From Octopus bimaculoides (Eukaryota), in NCBI RefSeq assembly GCF_001194135.2, contig NC_068988.1, forward strand, positions 57,965,246-58,005,886: DNA of 40,641 nucleotides, given 5' to 3'. The position numbers were made by a program, and so were the translations under genes. The notes beneath the pieces are model-generated. The model did not search any database and was not told the origin of the DNA. It saw only the letters and a program-made list of their open reading frames with translations. This document shows positions 1-12,573 of the stretch, in pieces (the stretch's first letter is position 1; every line of letters begins with the position of its first letter).

Positions 1-152
1 TTTGGCGACTGGATGCTCTTCCTGTTGCCAATCTTTGTCTGTTTCTATGCAAATTAGTGTTTTCCCTTTGGCCAGACATGTTTTTGTAGGAAGTTGCAAA
101 CGAACGTCCTGGTGAAGTTTGTTCACAATTGGCATGTAATGTCAAGACAAGA

Positions 153-186
<34 letters not shown>

Positions 187-690
187 ATGCATGCACACAT
201 GAATGTACACATGCACAGGCACAGGCACATGCACACATACCCATGCACACACATGCATACACACATCTATACACACACAGAAACACACACACACAGAGAA
301 ACACACACACATGCACGACAGGCTTCTTTTTTTGTTTCTGTCTGCCAAATTCACTCACAAGGACTTGGTTAGCATGTTATATCAGAAAACACTTGACCAA
401 GGTGCTGCAGAGTGTAACTAGACCCAAAACTGTGGTTGCAGACATTTGGAGTCTGGTCAGCTCTCCATCTGGCCAGCTTCTGTCAAACCGTCCAATGCAT
501 GTCAGCATGGAAAATCGACATTAAATGACGATGATGATATGTGTGTGGTGGGGTGTTTTTTCCATCCCAATGCTTGGCAACCTGTTGTGGTTTGATTATG
601 TACTTGTAACTTAGCAGTTTGCCAGTTCCTCAAACTGTCCAACCCATGCCGGCATGAACATAAAAATTGGACGTTAAATGATGATGATGA

Positions 691-741
<51 letters not shown>

Positions 742-1107
742 GTATATATGTATATATGTATATATATGTGTGTGTATATATATATATATATANNNNNNNN
801 NNNNNNNNNNNNNNNNNNNNNNNNNNNNNNNNNNNNNNNNNNNNNNNNNNNNNNNNNNNNNNNNNNNNNNNNNNNNNNNNNNNNNNNNNNNNNNNNNNNN
901 NNNNNNNNNNNNNNNNNNNNNNNNNNNNNNNNNNNNNNNNNNNNNNNNNNNNNNNNNNNNNNNNNNNNNNNNNNNNNNNNNNNNNNNNNNNNNNNNNNNN
1001 NNNNNNNNNNNNNNNNNNNNNNNNNNNNNNNNNNNNNNNNNNNNNNNNNNNNNNNNNNNNNNNNNNNNNNNNNNNNNNNNNNNNNNNNNNNNNNNNNNNN
1101 NNTATAC

Positions 1108-1141
<34 letters not shown>

Positions 1142-1492
1142 GTATATATATGTATAGGAGGAGTACTCTGTCGGTTACAAGGACAAGGGTCCTTGCTGAT
1201 ACAATCAATGGAACAGCTTGCTCATGAAATTAATGTGCAAGTGGCTGAGTACTCCACAGACACGTGTACCCTTAATGTAAAGTTTCCAGTATCCTCTGTC
1301 TTCCATATCAACCATTTAGAATATATATGTATGTGTAATTTTCCTGGTTGTATATAATAAATATGGTTGAGAAAACTGAAGAAACTTTGCTTTTGAATAT
1401 AAATATTGGTTTTATAAGCTGTTATTTATAACCAGATTGAACGTTTTAATAAAAGAAAAATTGCTTGATGGTGTTTTGTTCTCATCTTTCAG

Positions 1493-1694
1493 GTTGTATT
1501 CCCTGAACCGCATACGCAACACAGAACGGTACTATGATGAATTACCAGATCATCATCGGTCAATTATACCAAACTTCCGCGACCATCTTGGCAAAGTTCG
1601 CAACTGCATTGAAACCAATTTCCATCTCATCAAACTCATCATTCAAAACACAGAACATATGTTCGAAAACAAGAACCACGGACCTGTTGAAAAT
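1493..1694 (+). CDS. CARNMT1: Internal exon of carnosine N-methyltransferase-like gene (N-terminal region)
   Basis: Pyrimidine tract + AG (ctcatctttcag) before 1493, GTAAGC donor at 1695. Translates (R)LYSLNRIRNTERYYDELPDHHRSIIPNFRDHLGKVRNCIETNFHLIKLIIQNTEHMFENKNHGPVEN, matching from memory human CARNMT1 RVNRTERQFRSLP...FLLHLDKIRKCIDHN...IHMFENKEYG. Ends in phase 0. Confidence 0.9.
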
Positions 1695-2121
1695 GTAAGC
1701 TTGAGCCAGATTCTTCACCATTATCTTTTTTTGCTATATATTTTTCTTTTTTTTTTTGCTCCCATATTTGTGAAACATTGAGGTGAGAAATGTGGTGCAA
1801 TGACTTCTATTCTGTATGTAGATAATGGGTAGCATTTCATGGAACTGAACCATCTGCTCCATCTATTTATGTTTTGCTTTTTTTTCATTTTTAATTATGA
1901 ATTAGTGGCACAGGTGTGGCTGTGTAGGTAAGTTTACTTCTCAACCACTTCTTCCAAGCACTGCTGTAAGCAGTGGAAGTCAGCCAGAACATTAAAACTT
2001 AGTGCGCATGCACAGAAGCGATTAAGGGCAATCTGTGCCAAGTGGTTTTACTCTGAGTGCATTAGCTTCGTTACTATGGCAACAGTCCGGATACTTAGTG
2101 ATTAGACCTCATATGTATATA

Positions 2122-2235
2122 TGACTGAGGGTGTTAGAACACCTACAATGCTAGAAATAAGAGCTAAAGTGCTCTGATGCTGCAGCACTTTAGCTCTTAT
2201 TTCTAGCATTGTAGGTGTTCTAACACCCTCTGTCA
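2122..2235. repeat. Perfect hairpin: 47-bp arms (2127-2173 / 2184-2230), 10-nt loop
   Basis: GAGGGTGTTAGAACACCTACAATGCTAGAAATAAGAGCTAAAGTGCT followed after CTGATGCTGC by its exact reverse complement. Confidence 0.95.
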
Positions 2236-2299
2236 CATTTAATGACAATTATAGTTTTCCTTTTTGGTGATCCATTGAAATTGAAATCGTAATTGAACC

Positions 2300-2770
2300 A
2301 AATTTGATGACTTGCACCCATGCCAGTGGAGTGCTAACAGCACCGTCCTAGCGTGATCATTGCCAGAGCAGCTGTCTGGCTTCCATGCCGGTGGCATGTA
2401 AATAGCACCATTTGAGCGTGATCGTTACCAGCGTCGCCTCACTGGCACTTGTGCCGGTGGCACGTGAAAAACCATTCGAGCGAGGTCGTTGCCAGTGCCG
2501 CTGGACTGGCTCCTGTGCAGGTGGCACGTAAAAAATACCATTTGACCATGGCCGTTGCCAGTACCACATGACTGGCCCTCGTGCTGGTGGCATGTAAAAG
2601 CACCCACTACACTCTCGGAGTGGTTGGCGTTAACAAGGGCATCCAGCTGTAGAAACTCTGCCAGATCAGATTGAAGCCTGGCGCAGCTATCTGGTTCGCC
2701 AGTCCTCAGTCAAATCGTCCAACCCATGCTAGCATGGAAAGCAGACGTTAAACGATGATGATGATGATGA
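2300..2770 (+). mobile_element. RTE-like 3'-tail repeat with internal ~63-bp tandem units and (GAT)n tail
   Basis: TGGCAYGTAAAA..CACCATT units, then GGTTGGCGTT..GGGCATCCAGCTGTAGAAAC...CCAACCCATGCTAGCATGGAAAGCRGACGTTAAACGATGATGATG; many copies in the window. RTE assignment is inference. Confidence 0.75.
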
Positions 2771-3189
2771 TTGCTAAACAGCTGCCTTACAAGATCCCAT
2801 TGAATGAACACCACATGAAATTAATCCCTGCATACTATCCATTTGTAATAACAAAATACGAACTCCTATTGGAACTTACATACCATGGACAATAAACCTC
2901 TTTACCCATTCTACACAACACATTCCTTGGGTAATAGAATGGCAAGTTTAACATCCAACATATATCTTTATTTTTATTCTTATATTTCTCTTTATACTTC
3001 TTATATCTCTCTCTTTCCAAAATAACTTCTTTTACTGAACTCTACTATTTCCTTTTATTTAATTCTCATATCGTCTCTGTTAATGAAATATCTTTCATAT
3101 CCCTGAAACAGCTCTAAGACTACCCATCTCTTTATAAAATGTCCTAGAAAGTTTACACTGCCTTGGCTTTGTTGTCTCATTTTATTTAA

Positions 3190-3232
<43 letters not shown>

Positions 3233-4079
3233 AAGGTAGCGTAAATCCCAGCTGTTGCCTCTTGAAGCACATCTGGTTATTCTATTATTACAATCAATAG
3301 TTATCCATAGTTACTGCTGTATGTTAAAGTGCATATTAAAATTTGAGAATTATGGAAATATTATTTGTAGAATTATTGTATAACAAAACAGAAAAATGGA
3401 AATTTTTTGGTATTTATTCTCCATTACACATGTTTCATATGCTAATAAGAATTACAAAGATTTACATGTTTGATAAGCATGTAAGGAATTTCCTATTAGA
3501 AATTCATCAGACAGAGAAAAAATATATATGTAATAAAAGGCGATGTTCCAGCATGGCCACAGTCAAATGACTGAAACAAGTAAAAGATGTGTGTATGTGT
3601 GTGTATGTGTGTGTGTGTGTGTGTGTATGTTACCATATGAGTGAAACCGGTAAATGATGCTTACATTCCTTGTTGACATTTCAACTGGTCGCTCTGTGCT
3701 TTTGAAGACCAGTTGAATGTATAAAAACAAAACACAAAAACAGTAAAAATTGTACATGAGAAACAGATAAGGGTTGGTGACTGGAAGAGCATCCACCTGC
3801 AAAACATTGCTTTACATAACTCTCTGACTAAACTGTGCTAGCACAGCAAAACCAGTTATTGATTTGTCATCATGGTTGTTGTGATGGTAATAGATTGTAA
3901 ACTGCTACACTGCAGAGAGTCTGCTACTAGTCTCGCTTCTGAAATTAGCTACCATAAATTATTTCTGCTATTTTCACTGTATTTGACTGTGGTATGTATC
4001 CCAGTTTTAGAATAGGCACAGGGTAATCTCTGTGCTTTGCGAAAGGTGATTAAAATAGTTAAGTGATTAGAAGGGCATC

Positions 4080-4157
4080 ATCATCATCATCATCATCATC
4101 ATCACCACCACCACCACCACCACCACCACCACCACCACTACCATCATTATCATCATT
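4080..4157. repeat. (CAT)n/(CAC)n compound microsatellite
   Basis: Seen directly. Confidence 0.95.
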
Positions 4158-4616
4158 GCTTAATATCCAGTTTTCCATGCTTGTGTGGCTCAGTCGGAAT
4201 ATGTTGAGACAGATTATCTCCTCTTCCTGACGCCAACCCTCACCTGTAACCAAGAAAGGTCATATTATCCCTGCCTCTCCCATACTTGGCCAGACATGTT
4301 TTCAGGGGAGATTGGAAATGAAGCACACTGCTTGTATGATTGTGATGCGAGTTAGTAACTAACACACATTTTCCCAAAGGTGATGTGCTGGGGGTTAGGA
4401 CTGAATCTGAGACCATATGGTTGGGTTGGTGTTGTAGTGAGAGTCATTGACACCCCTGGGGGATTGAAAGAATGGACTAGTCGAACTCTTATAATGAGTA
4501 ATGAGTAGCGGCAAGAGGTCTGTAGGAGTTGTTGAGAGAGCATTTTGCAGTCTTGCGAAGTACATCATGTGAACACATTGCTTTACCTCTGCATCGTTAA
4601 ATTATATATCCAACGA

Positions 4617-4768
4617 GATCTACATTATTTACATTTGACAGATATTTGTCCTCATCTTGTTTGTTGTTAACACAACATTTCGGCTGATATACCCTCCAGC
4701 CTTCATCAGGTGTCTTGGGGAAATTTTGAACCTGGGTTCTCATTCCTAAGGTATTTTTCGATGTTATC
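4617..4768 (-). mobile_element. Hammerhead-bearing repeat family A, 3' part
   Basis: Near-identical to 37545-37694; ends in (AATGTAAAT)n. Confidence 0.85.
4669..4714 (-). ncRNA. Putative minimal type-I hammerhead ribozyme, family A (N7=U, stem III AUGU variant)
   Basis: GACAC-CUGAUGA-A-GGCUG[10 nt]CAGCC-GAA-AUGU-U-GUGUU on the minus strand. Confidence 0.55.
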
Positions 4769-4769
4769 C

Positions 4770-4957
4770 AAAGGAAAGGCAAAGGTCGATACAGCTTGGC
4801 ACCTGTGACGTCGCAACTCATTTTTACAGCTGAGTGAACTGGACCATCGTGAAATAAAGTGTCTTGCTCAAGAACACAACACACAGCCCAGTCCTGGAAT
4901 CTAACTCACTACCTCATGATTATGAACCCAATACTCTAACCACTGAATAATGCACCT
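4770..4957 (-). mobile_element. tRNA-derived SINE with CORE-like central block
   Basis: A/B-box-like head plus GTGTTCTTGAGCAAGACACTT...CCAGTTCACTCAGCTG; homologous to 34645-34985. Confidence 0.75.
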
Positions 4958-5004
4958 TCTCATCATATATATATACATATATATATATATATACATATAT
5001 ATCA

Positions 5005-5260
5005 TCATCATCATCATCATACGTCCGCTTTCCATGCTAGCATGGGTTGGACAATTTGACTGGCAACTGGCGAACCAGATGGCTACACCAGACTCCAATC
5101 TGATCTGGCNNNNNNNNNNACTGGCAACTGGCGAACCAGATGGCTACACCAGACTCCAATCTGATCTGGCAGAGTTTCTACAGCTGGATGCCCTTCCTAA
5201 TGCCAACCACTCTGAGAGTGTAGTGGGTGCTTTTTATGTGCCACTGGCACGAGGGCCAGT
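5005..5260 (-). mobile_element. RTE-like 3'-tail repeat
   Basis: Reverse complement of the 2600-2770 family with (CAT)n; includes a duplication across a 10-N gap. Confidence 0.8.
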
Positions 5261-5769
5261 CAGATATAATATATATGTAAATCTGACAAGCTTCTGTACA
5301 GTTCCTATATACCCAATTTCACAGTCTTGGTTGATTTGAGGCTATGACAAGACTCTTGAGGTGCCCCGCATCTTGTGGCATCAACCCAGAATGATGTGTA
5401 TGTGAAGTAAACTGACTTTCAGAGTTCTGCATTTTAAGCTGTCTCTCAGTTGATTGTAGGTCACCCAATTTTATTGTGTAGCTACGACTCTGTTGTCTTA
5501 GAGATATATTGGTAATTATTCAATTAGAATTGTCTAAGCTGTGTGATATCAGTAACTCATTATTTTGTCTTTCTTACTTTCTGTTTTCTTTTTCTTCTTT
5601 TTTTTTCTTTGCTTTTGTTAGTTTGTTTTTGAACGTAGCTAGAAGAATCTGTAATTGCGAAATCATCTGGTGAAATGTAAGATCGATAACAGCTGTTGTT
5701 CCTCTATAAATTATTCTAATTTTATGAATTACCTGTCAAGGTTTTTAATAAATGATTTTGTAGGTACTG

Positions 5770-6745
5770 ACATGGCTTGTGTAGCTAAAAAGCTGACTTT
5801 GCAACCATGTGATATTGGGTTCAGTCCCACTGTGTAGCACCTTGGGCAAATGTCTTCTACTATATCCTTGGGTTGACTGATGCCTTGTGAGTGAATTTGA
5901 GAGGCAGAAACTGCATGGAAACCTGTCATGTGTTTGTGTGTGTATGTATGTATATATCATCTTCATCATCATCATTTAATGTCTGTTTTCCATGCTGGCA
6001 TGGGTTGGACAGTTTGACTGGAACTGGTAAGCTGGAGAGCTGCACCACGTTCCAGTCTGATTTGGCATGGTTTCTACAGCTGGATGACCTTCCTAACGCT
6101 AACCACTCCAAGAGTGTAGTAGATGCTTTTTACGTGCCACCAGCTCAGGAATATTAATACACTATTATGTATTGTAATATTAATATTATGCAGGCACAGG
6201 GATGGCTATGTGGTAAGAAATTTGCTTTTCAACCACATGGTTCCAGATTCAGTCCCACTGTATGGTACCTTGGTCAACTGTCTTGTACTATAGCCTCGGG
6301 CCAACCAAAGCCTTATGAATGGATTTGGTAGACGGAAACTGAAAAAAGTCTGTCTTGTGTCTGTGTGTGATTGTATCTGTCCCCCACCACTGCTTGACAA
6401 CTGGTGTTGATGTGTCCTGTAACTTAGCAGTTCAGCAAGAGACCAATAAAAGAGATCAGGGTTGATTTGTTTAACTACCAAGCCTACTCATAAGGCTTTG
6501 GTTAGCCTGAAGCTATAGTAGAAGACATTTGCCCGAGGTGCCACGCAGTAGGACTGAACCCGGAACCATGTGGTTGGTAAGTAAGCTACTTACCACACAG
6601 TCACGTCCCTTGCTGCTGCTTGCCAACTGGTGTTGATTTGTTTATAATCCCTGTAACTTAGAAGTTTGGTAAAAGAGTCTGATAGAATAAACACCAGACC
6701 TTAAAAAAAAATTAAGTCCTGGGGTTGATTTGTTTGACTGAACCC
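5770..6745. mobile_element. Cluster of tRNA-SINE (GGCTGTGTGGTAAG..GGTTCAGTCCCACTG family) copies on both strands plus one RTE-like tail (5960-6150, -)
   Basis: Recurrent head TGGCTGTGTGGTAAG..CAACCAYATGGTTCCGGGTTCAGTCCCACTG..CACCTTGGGCAA and tail TCCTGGGGTYGATTTG. Confidence 0.8.
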
Positions 6746-7829
6746 CCTCCTTTTCCTTCCCCTCCTCCTTCCCGTCCACATATTTGCTAGTGACTTTATA
6801 CCATTCATGTGAGTGATCCTTTTTTGAATGCAATCTGGGATATCTGTGCATGCAAAAGCAGAACTGTCCTCGATGTAGCAACCATATTCACTTGTGGTCC
6901 TTGTCTAGCCCCAATTACCCTCACCACATCTCCACTCATGGATATGTCATGAAGGAAAGACAAGATGGTACATTTGCAGCCTCCATGGATCCACAGGATA
7001 TGCCAGATATTGGTCAAGTGTAACCATGTATATCTGCCTTAAGGTCTCTCCCTCTGGATTTTCTGCAGGGGTTTACCCCCTTTACCTTTTTTTAAATGCT
7101 CAGTAATTTACCTCACAAGGCTGCAGGGGTTCATCACTGGCTTGTGCAGTCAGTCAGTCACACTCATTCTTCAAACTGCTTGAAGCCTTCCCTATGTCTG
7201 TGATGCATATTCCTTGCTTCATGTTAATTTATTTTCCAAACACAATCTCAATAATGTCAAAGCTATTTTAATTAAATTCTTCATTATTTCCAGAATTAAT
7301 TAAAACAAAGCAGTGTATTTTGAGATAAATATAGTAACAAAAGGTTTGATGTTTTATAGTCTCTACAACCATTGCCTGTACCATTGTCATCATCATCATC
7401 ATTAGCATCCTCAATATTGTTTTTACACCTGGTTTCCATGAAAGCATGAGTTAGATTAGATTATTCAAGGCTGTATTTTATACCCAGATATCCTTCCTGA
7501 AGCCGACTCTTTTTACTTAAGCACTCATTATTATGTAGAATATTGTATTTTAACGTGTATAAGGAACCCCATAATATTTTGGGCTTAAAATTTGGAAAAA
7601 CGGTTTTGTTAGGGATTATCCATATCTAAGAAGCTCCTGTATTTTTTTAACCTAACTTTTGACACAAATGGGTTCCTTATACACATTAAAATACGGTGCT
7701 TTCAGTTCAGTAGAAAGTACAAAACTAAAGCACTGCATATACCCAAGATGCACAGATGGATGTAATACTGCTAAGGATTTTGCCTGGTGATCTAACAATT
7801 CTGCCAGCTTACTGCCTTCACATAATAAT

Positions 7830-8200
7830 AACAAGAGCACTCAAAGAGTGCAGACCTCTGCCAAGGCAACACCAAAGTCTTCTCAACAATTAACCGGAGA
7901 TGAGTTTTAAAATGAGAATATCTGAAATAAATTCGATTGCTCTCACAGACGAGAATACTAAAATTGAACCTGACCACTCTCAAGAATTAACTAAAAAAAC
8001 AGGAAAAATAATCCAGAATCCTTGTCCGGTACCGGATCGATCCCAAAATCTAATCAGTTTGTGCCAGTCATGAGGCCAAACATTCCTGAAAGTTGCATCT
8101 GAATCCATCCAGCAGTTCTTGAGATATCTTGTCCACCAACAAACAAACTAACAAACACAACTGAAAACAATACCTCCGCCTTTGCTAAGGCAGAGGTAAT
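7830..8200 (-). mobile_element. DINE-1/Helentron-like non-autonomous element (HINE)
   Basis: Terminal hairpin ACCTCCGCC-TTTGCTAA-GGCAGAGGT (8172-8197), matching sub-terminal GACCTCTGCCAAGGC near 7853, (AAAC)n tract, inserted in (AAT)n. Confidence 0.65.
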
Positions 8201-8427
8201 GATCCTTTCTACTATAGGTACTAGGCCTGAAATTTTATGGGGAGGGGACTAATTGATTACATTGNNNNNNNNNNNNNNNNNNNNNNNNNNNAATTTATTG
8301 ATCCTGAAAGGATGAAAGGCAAAGTCGACCTCGGCGGAATTTGAACTCAGAACATAAGGATGGATGAAATGCCACTCAGCATTTTGCTCAGCATGCTAAC
8401 GATTCTACCAGCTCACCACCTTCAAAA

Positions 8428-8469
<42 letters not shown>

Positions 8470-8905
8470 CCTTTCTAATATAGGTACAAGACCTGAAATT
8501 TTGGGGGAGGGGCATAGTGGATTATGTCAACCCCATTTCTCAACTGGTATTTATTTTATTGACCCTGACAGGGTGGAAGGCAAAGTTGGAATTCGTGGAA
8601 TTTGAACTCAGAATGTTAAGAGCCAGAAGAAATGCTACTTAGTATTTTGTCTGGCTTGCTAATGATTCTGCCAACTCACTGCCTCAAAATAACAACAACA
8701 ACAACAACAATAATGGTTTCAGATCTTGCCACAAGGGCAGCAATTTTGGGGGAGTGTTCAACTGGTACTTATGATATCGTTACCCCGAAGGGATGAAAGG
8801 CACAGTCGACCTTAGCGGAATTTGAACTCAGAACGTAACGACGGGTGAAATACCGCTAAGCATTTCGTCCATTGTGCTAACGATTCTGCCAGCAATCCGC
8901 CCTAA
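8200..8905 (-). mobile_element. Three tandem tRNA-SINE copies with Nin/Deu-like central domain, separated by (AAT)n/(AAC)n
   Basis: Each has GAAAGGATGAAAGGCAAAGTCGACCTCGGCGGAATTTGAACTCAGAAC and an ATTCTGCCAGCTC head. Confidence 0.85.
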
Positions 8906-9606
8906 CAATAACAACAACAACAACAATAATAATGGTAATACTGCTAACAACAACAAAAACAACAATAGTGATTTGGTAACGGGGAAACCTTTTAAAAATA
9001 GACTGAAGTATGGATTAGTTTAGAATGGAGAAGAATATACTGAACCGAAGTTGATATAATTGCCAATATTACTTTAAAATGAATGGAATAAATAAATAAA
9101 CCACAATAATTAGCTTTATATGTTGTGAAACAGCGTCAATATTTTGCAGAGTTCTATAAAATTCTTTAAAATCAGACTGAAAGATTGCACTGTGAAGACG
9201 CAGTAAAGAAATTATGTTTTAGCAATTTTTATTGGTGCTGTTTTACATATATATATATATATATTGTTCTCCATGATTGGGGAGGCACTGGTATTTTCTG
9301 GAATCAATTACTATTTTTGTTGGCTCTTTTTTTGTTTGTTTGTTTGTAGTGTAGATTGTTCTTTCTATTGCGAGCTATTCAGATGTAAAGTAGCAGTGCT
9401 GCTTGTTGTCTGTTTGTCACTTAGGCAGCAACCAGGTATGAAACAGCAGCAACTGATCTACTTCTGATTATATCTCTGCTGTCTCTTTTCTGATCGGATG
9501 CTCTTCCTGATGCCAACACTTTTAGTAACCTCGTACAATGCATAATTAATTCAGGCGTGACTTATAGGCACAACCATAGCTGTGTAGTTACGAAGGTTGC
9601 GTCCCA

Positions 9607-9663
<57 letters not shown>

Positions 9664-9954
9664 GATGTCGCACAGTATACAATATCGTGAGGTTGTTGAT
9701 TGAAGATATTGTGTCTACTGGGGGTTTGTACTGTTTGTCAAGTCGCAACAAGGACCTCAGACAGGCAGTACTTTATGCAATATGCATGCAGTTTCAAGTA
9801 TTGCCACTTCATGCAATACGCCTAGATTGTAGGGTATTTCTAAGGTTTCCAAATGCTTTTTCAGATTGGGTGATATTGAACCCAATGGTACAATGACAAT
9901 AGGGATAACCTTTATGTTTGACACTCATATCTGCCACATCTTAGCGATCTCAAC

Positions 9955-9957
<3 letters not shown>
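9607..9957 (-). mobile_element. 5'-truncated R4/Dong-type non-LTR retrotransposon (RLE C-terminus remnant), older copy
   Basis: Minus strand 9957-9757 reads IVEIAKMWQI*VSNIKVIPIVIVPLGSISPNLKKHLETLEIPYNLGVLHEVAILETACILHKVLPV*; 3' UTR, then (AAT)n tail at 9607-9661. Confidence 0.8.
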
Positions 9958-9994
<37 letters not shown>

Positions 9995-10259
9995 GTTCAG
10001 TAGTTTTATTTTTGTAACGAGCTTTCACTTCACTACCGAGTGCAGCTCTGTGTACCTTGGGTATGTGCTGTGGTTTGCTGTGGTGCTCTTATGGTTACTG
10101 TATTGAAAGTGTTTTGCGTAGGATGTGTGCAGTGCCCAGTAGTGCAATTTTCTGTATGTTATATATATTTGTAAGTCCTGGTGTTTTTGTTATGTATTTA
10201 TTTGAAATTTTTTTTTATTATACCTAAGGCACCTACTATTATAGGAATTGTTTCTGTTT
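9955..10259 (-). mobile_element. R4/Dong-type non-LTR retrotransposon 3' end, second subfamily, running into a gap
   Basis: Minus strand TETIPIIVGALGIIKK/(frameshift)KYITKTPGLTNIYNIQKIALLGTAHILRKTLSIQ* (stop 10095-10097); (AAT)n tail at 9955-9994. Confidence 0.85.
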
Positions 10260-11162
10260 NNNNNNNNNNNNNNNNNNNNNNNNNNNNNNNNNNNNNNNNN
10301 NNNNNNNNNNNNNNNNNNNNNNNNNNNNNNNNNNNNNNNNNNNNNNNNNNNNNNNNNNNNNNNNNNNNNNNNNNNNNNNNNNNNNNNNNNNNNNNNNNNN
10401 NNNNNNNNNNNNNNNNNNNNNNNNNNNNNNNNNNNNNNNNNNNNNNNNNNNNNNNNNNNNNNNNNNNNNNNNNNNNNNNNNNNNNNNNNNNNNNNNNNNN
10501 NNNNNNNNNNNNNNNNNNNNNNNNNNNNNNNNNNNNNNNNNNNNNNNNNNNNNNNNNNNNNNNNNNNNNNNNNNNNNNNNNNNNNNNNNNNNNNNNNNNN
10601 NNNNNNNNNNNNNNNNNNNNNNNNNNNNNNNNNNNNNNNNNNNNNNNNNNNNNNNNNNNNNNNNNNNNNNNNNNNNNNNNNNNNNNNNNNNNNNNNNNNN
10701 NNNNNNNNNNNNNNNNNNNNNNNNNNNNNNNNNNNNNNNNNNNNNNNNNNNNNNNNNNNNNNNNNNNNNNNNNNNNNNNNNNNNNNNNNNNNNNNNNNNN
10801 NNNNNNNNNNNNNNNNNNNNNNNNNNNNNNNNNNNNNNNNNNNNNNNNNNNNNNNNNNNNNNNNNNNNNNNNNNNNNNNNNNNNNNNNNNNNNNNNNNNN
10901 NNNNNNNNNNNNNNNNNNNNNNNNNNNNNNNNNNNNNNNNNNNNNNNNNNNNNNNNNNNNNNNNNNNNNNNNNNNNNNNNNNNNNNNNNNNNNNNNNNNN
11001 NNNNNNNNNNNNNNNNNNNNNNNNNNNNNNNNNNNNNNNNNNNNNNNNNNNNNNNNNNNNNNNNNNNNNNNNNNNNNNNNNNNNNNNNNNNNNNNNNNNN
11101 NNNNNNNNNNNNNNNNNNNNNNNNNNNNNNNNNNNNNNNNNNNNNNNNNNNNNNNNNNNNNN

Positions 11163-11970
11163 AGCAGTGTTGGTGTTGTGGTAGAAGTGGTAGTGGTTAT
11201 AGTGGTGGTAGTTTTAGTGATGGTGGCAGCAGTGTTGGTGTTGTGGTAGTAGGGGTAGTGGTGGTAGTGGTAGTGATGGTGGAGGCAGTGTTGGTGTTGT
11301 GGTAGAAGTGGTAGTGGTGGTAGTGGTAGTGATTGTGGCAGCAGTGTTGGTGTTGTGGTAGAAGTGGTAGTGGTTATAGTGGTGGTAGTTTTAGTGATGG
11401 TGGCAGCAGTGTTGGTGTTGTGGTAGTAGTGGTAGTGATGGTGGTAGCATTGTTGGTGTTGTGGTAGAAGTGGTAGTGGTGGTAGTGGTAGTGATTGTGG
11501 CAGCAGTGTTGGTGTTGTGGTAGAAGTGGTAGTGGTTGTAGTGGTGGTAGTTTTAGTGATGGTGGCAGTAGTGTTGGTGTTGTGGTAGTAGTGGTAGTGA
11601 TGGTGGTAGCAGTGTTGGTGTTGTGGTAGAAGTGGTAGTGGTGGTAGTGGTGGTAGTGGTAGTGATTGTNNNNNNNNNNGGTAGAAGTGGTAGTGGTGGT
11701 AGTGGTGGTAGTGGTAGTGATTGTGGCAGCAGTGTTGGTGTTGTGGTAGAAGTGGTAGTGATGGTGGTAGCAGCGTTGGTATTGTGGTGGTGATAGTGGT
11801 GGTAGTGATGGTATTGGTTATTTTTGGCAGTGTCGGTGATTGTGGTAGTGTTACCAGTGTCGGTGCTGGGGGTGGTGGTATTGGTGGTGTTGGCAACAAT
11901 GATAGTAGCAGTAGTAGTTATAGCAGTGGTGCTGGTTATGGCAATGTCGATAACGGTGATGATGATGATG
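11163..11970. repeat. GT-rich triplet-based minisatellite (~57-63-bp units) decaying into (GGT/GAT)n
   Basis: Repeats of GCAGCAGTGTTGGTGTTGTGGTAGAAGTGGTAGTGG... Confidence 0.9.
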
Positions 11971-12302
11971 ATCTCTACACAATAAATAAAATGATAATCT
12001 AATTAAAACTGTTCCAAATGGTAAGCACAAACCGGTAGCGTGTAACGCACAGAAGAACCTCTGTTATTGTTTACCCAGCTTATGTATTGTTGCTCTATGA
12101 GTGATCAGAGAAGCCATTTAGTGAGGAAACAAAGTGTTAAATAGCCATGAAGAATACGTGACTGGTCATGTGACTGAGATCATTTGACCTGTTCATGGTT
12201 AATTGTAATCACTAAATAGATGTTCTGTTTTTTTTTGTTTTTGTTTTGTTTTGTTTTATTGAAATCTCATGTGAGACGAGGATTTCATCTTTGTCATGAT
12301 GC

Positions 12303-12526
12303 TCTTATTCTTTACTCTCTTTTACTCTTTTACTTGTTCCAGTCATTTGACTGCGGCCATGCTGGAGCACCGCCTTTAGTCGAGAAAATCGACCCCGGGA
12401 CTTATTCTTTGTAAGCCTAGTAATTATTCTATCGGTCTCTTTTTGCCGAACCGCCAAATTACGGGGACGTAAACACACCAGCATCGGTTGTCAAGCAATA
12501 GTGGGGGGACAAACACAGACACACAA

Positions 12527-12571
<45 letters not shown>
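12303..12571 (-). mobile_element. tRNA-SINE (GGCTGTGTGGTAAG family) 3' half
   Basis: Reverse complement of the GATAGAATAAGTACTAGGCTTACAAAGAATAAGTCCCGGGGTCGAT...GCTCCAGCATGGCCGCAGTCAAATGAC tail with an internal (TA)n/(CA)n tract. Confidence 0.85.

Positions 12572-12573
<2 letters not shown>

Noticed and set aside
5070-5169. 50-bp direct repeat
   Set aside because: Flanks a 10-N gap exactly; assembly overlap artefact.
10190-11899. 569-aa mucin-like minus-strand ORF
   Set aside because: Made of a triplet minisatellite plus ~900 N; no splice or start context.
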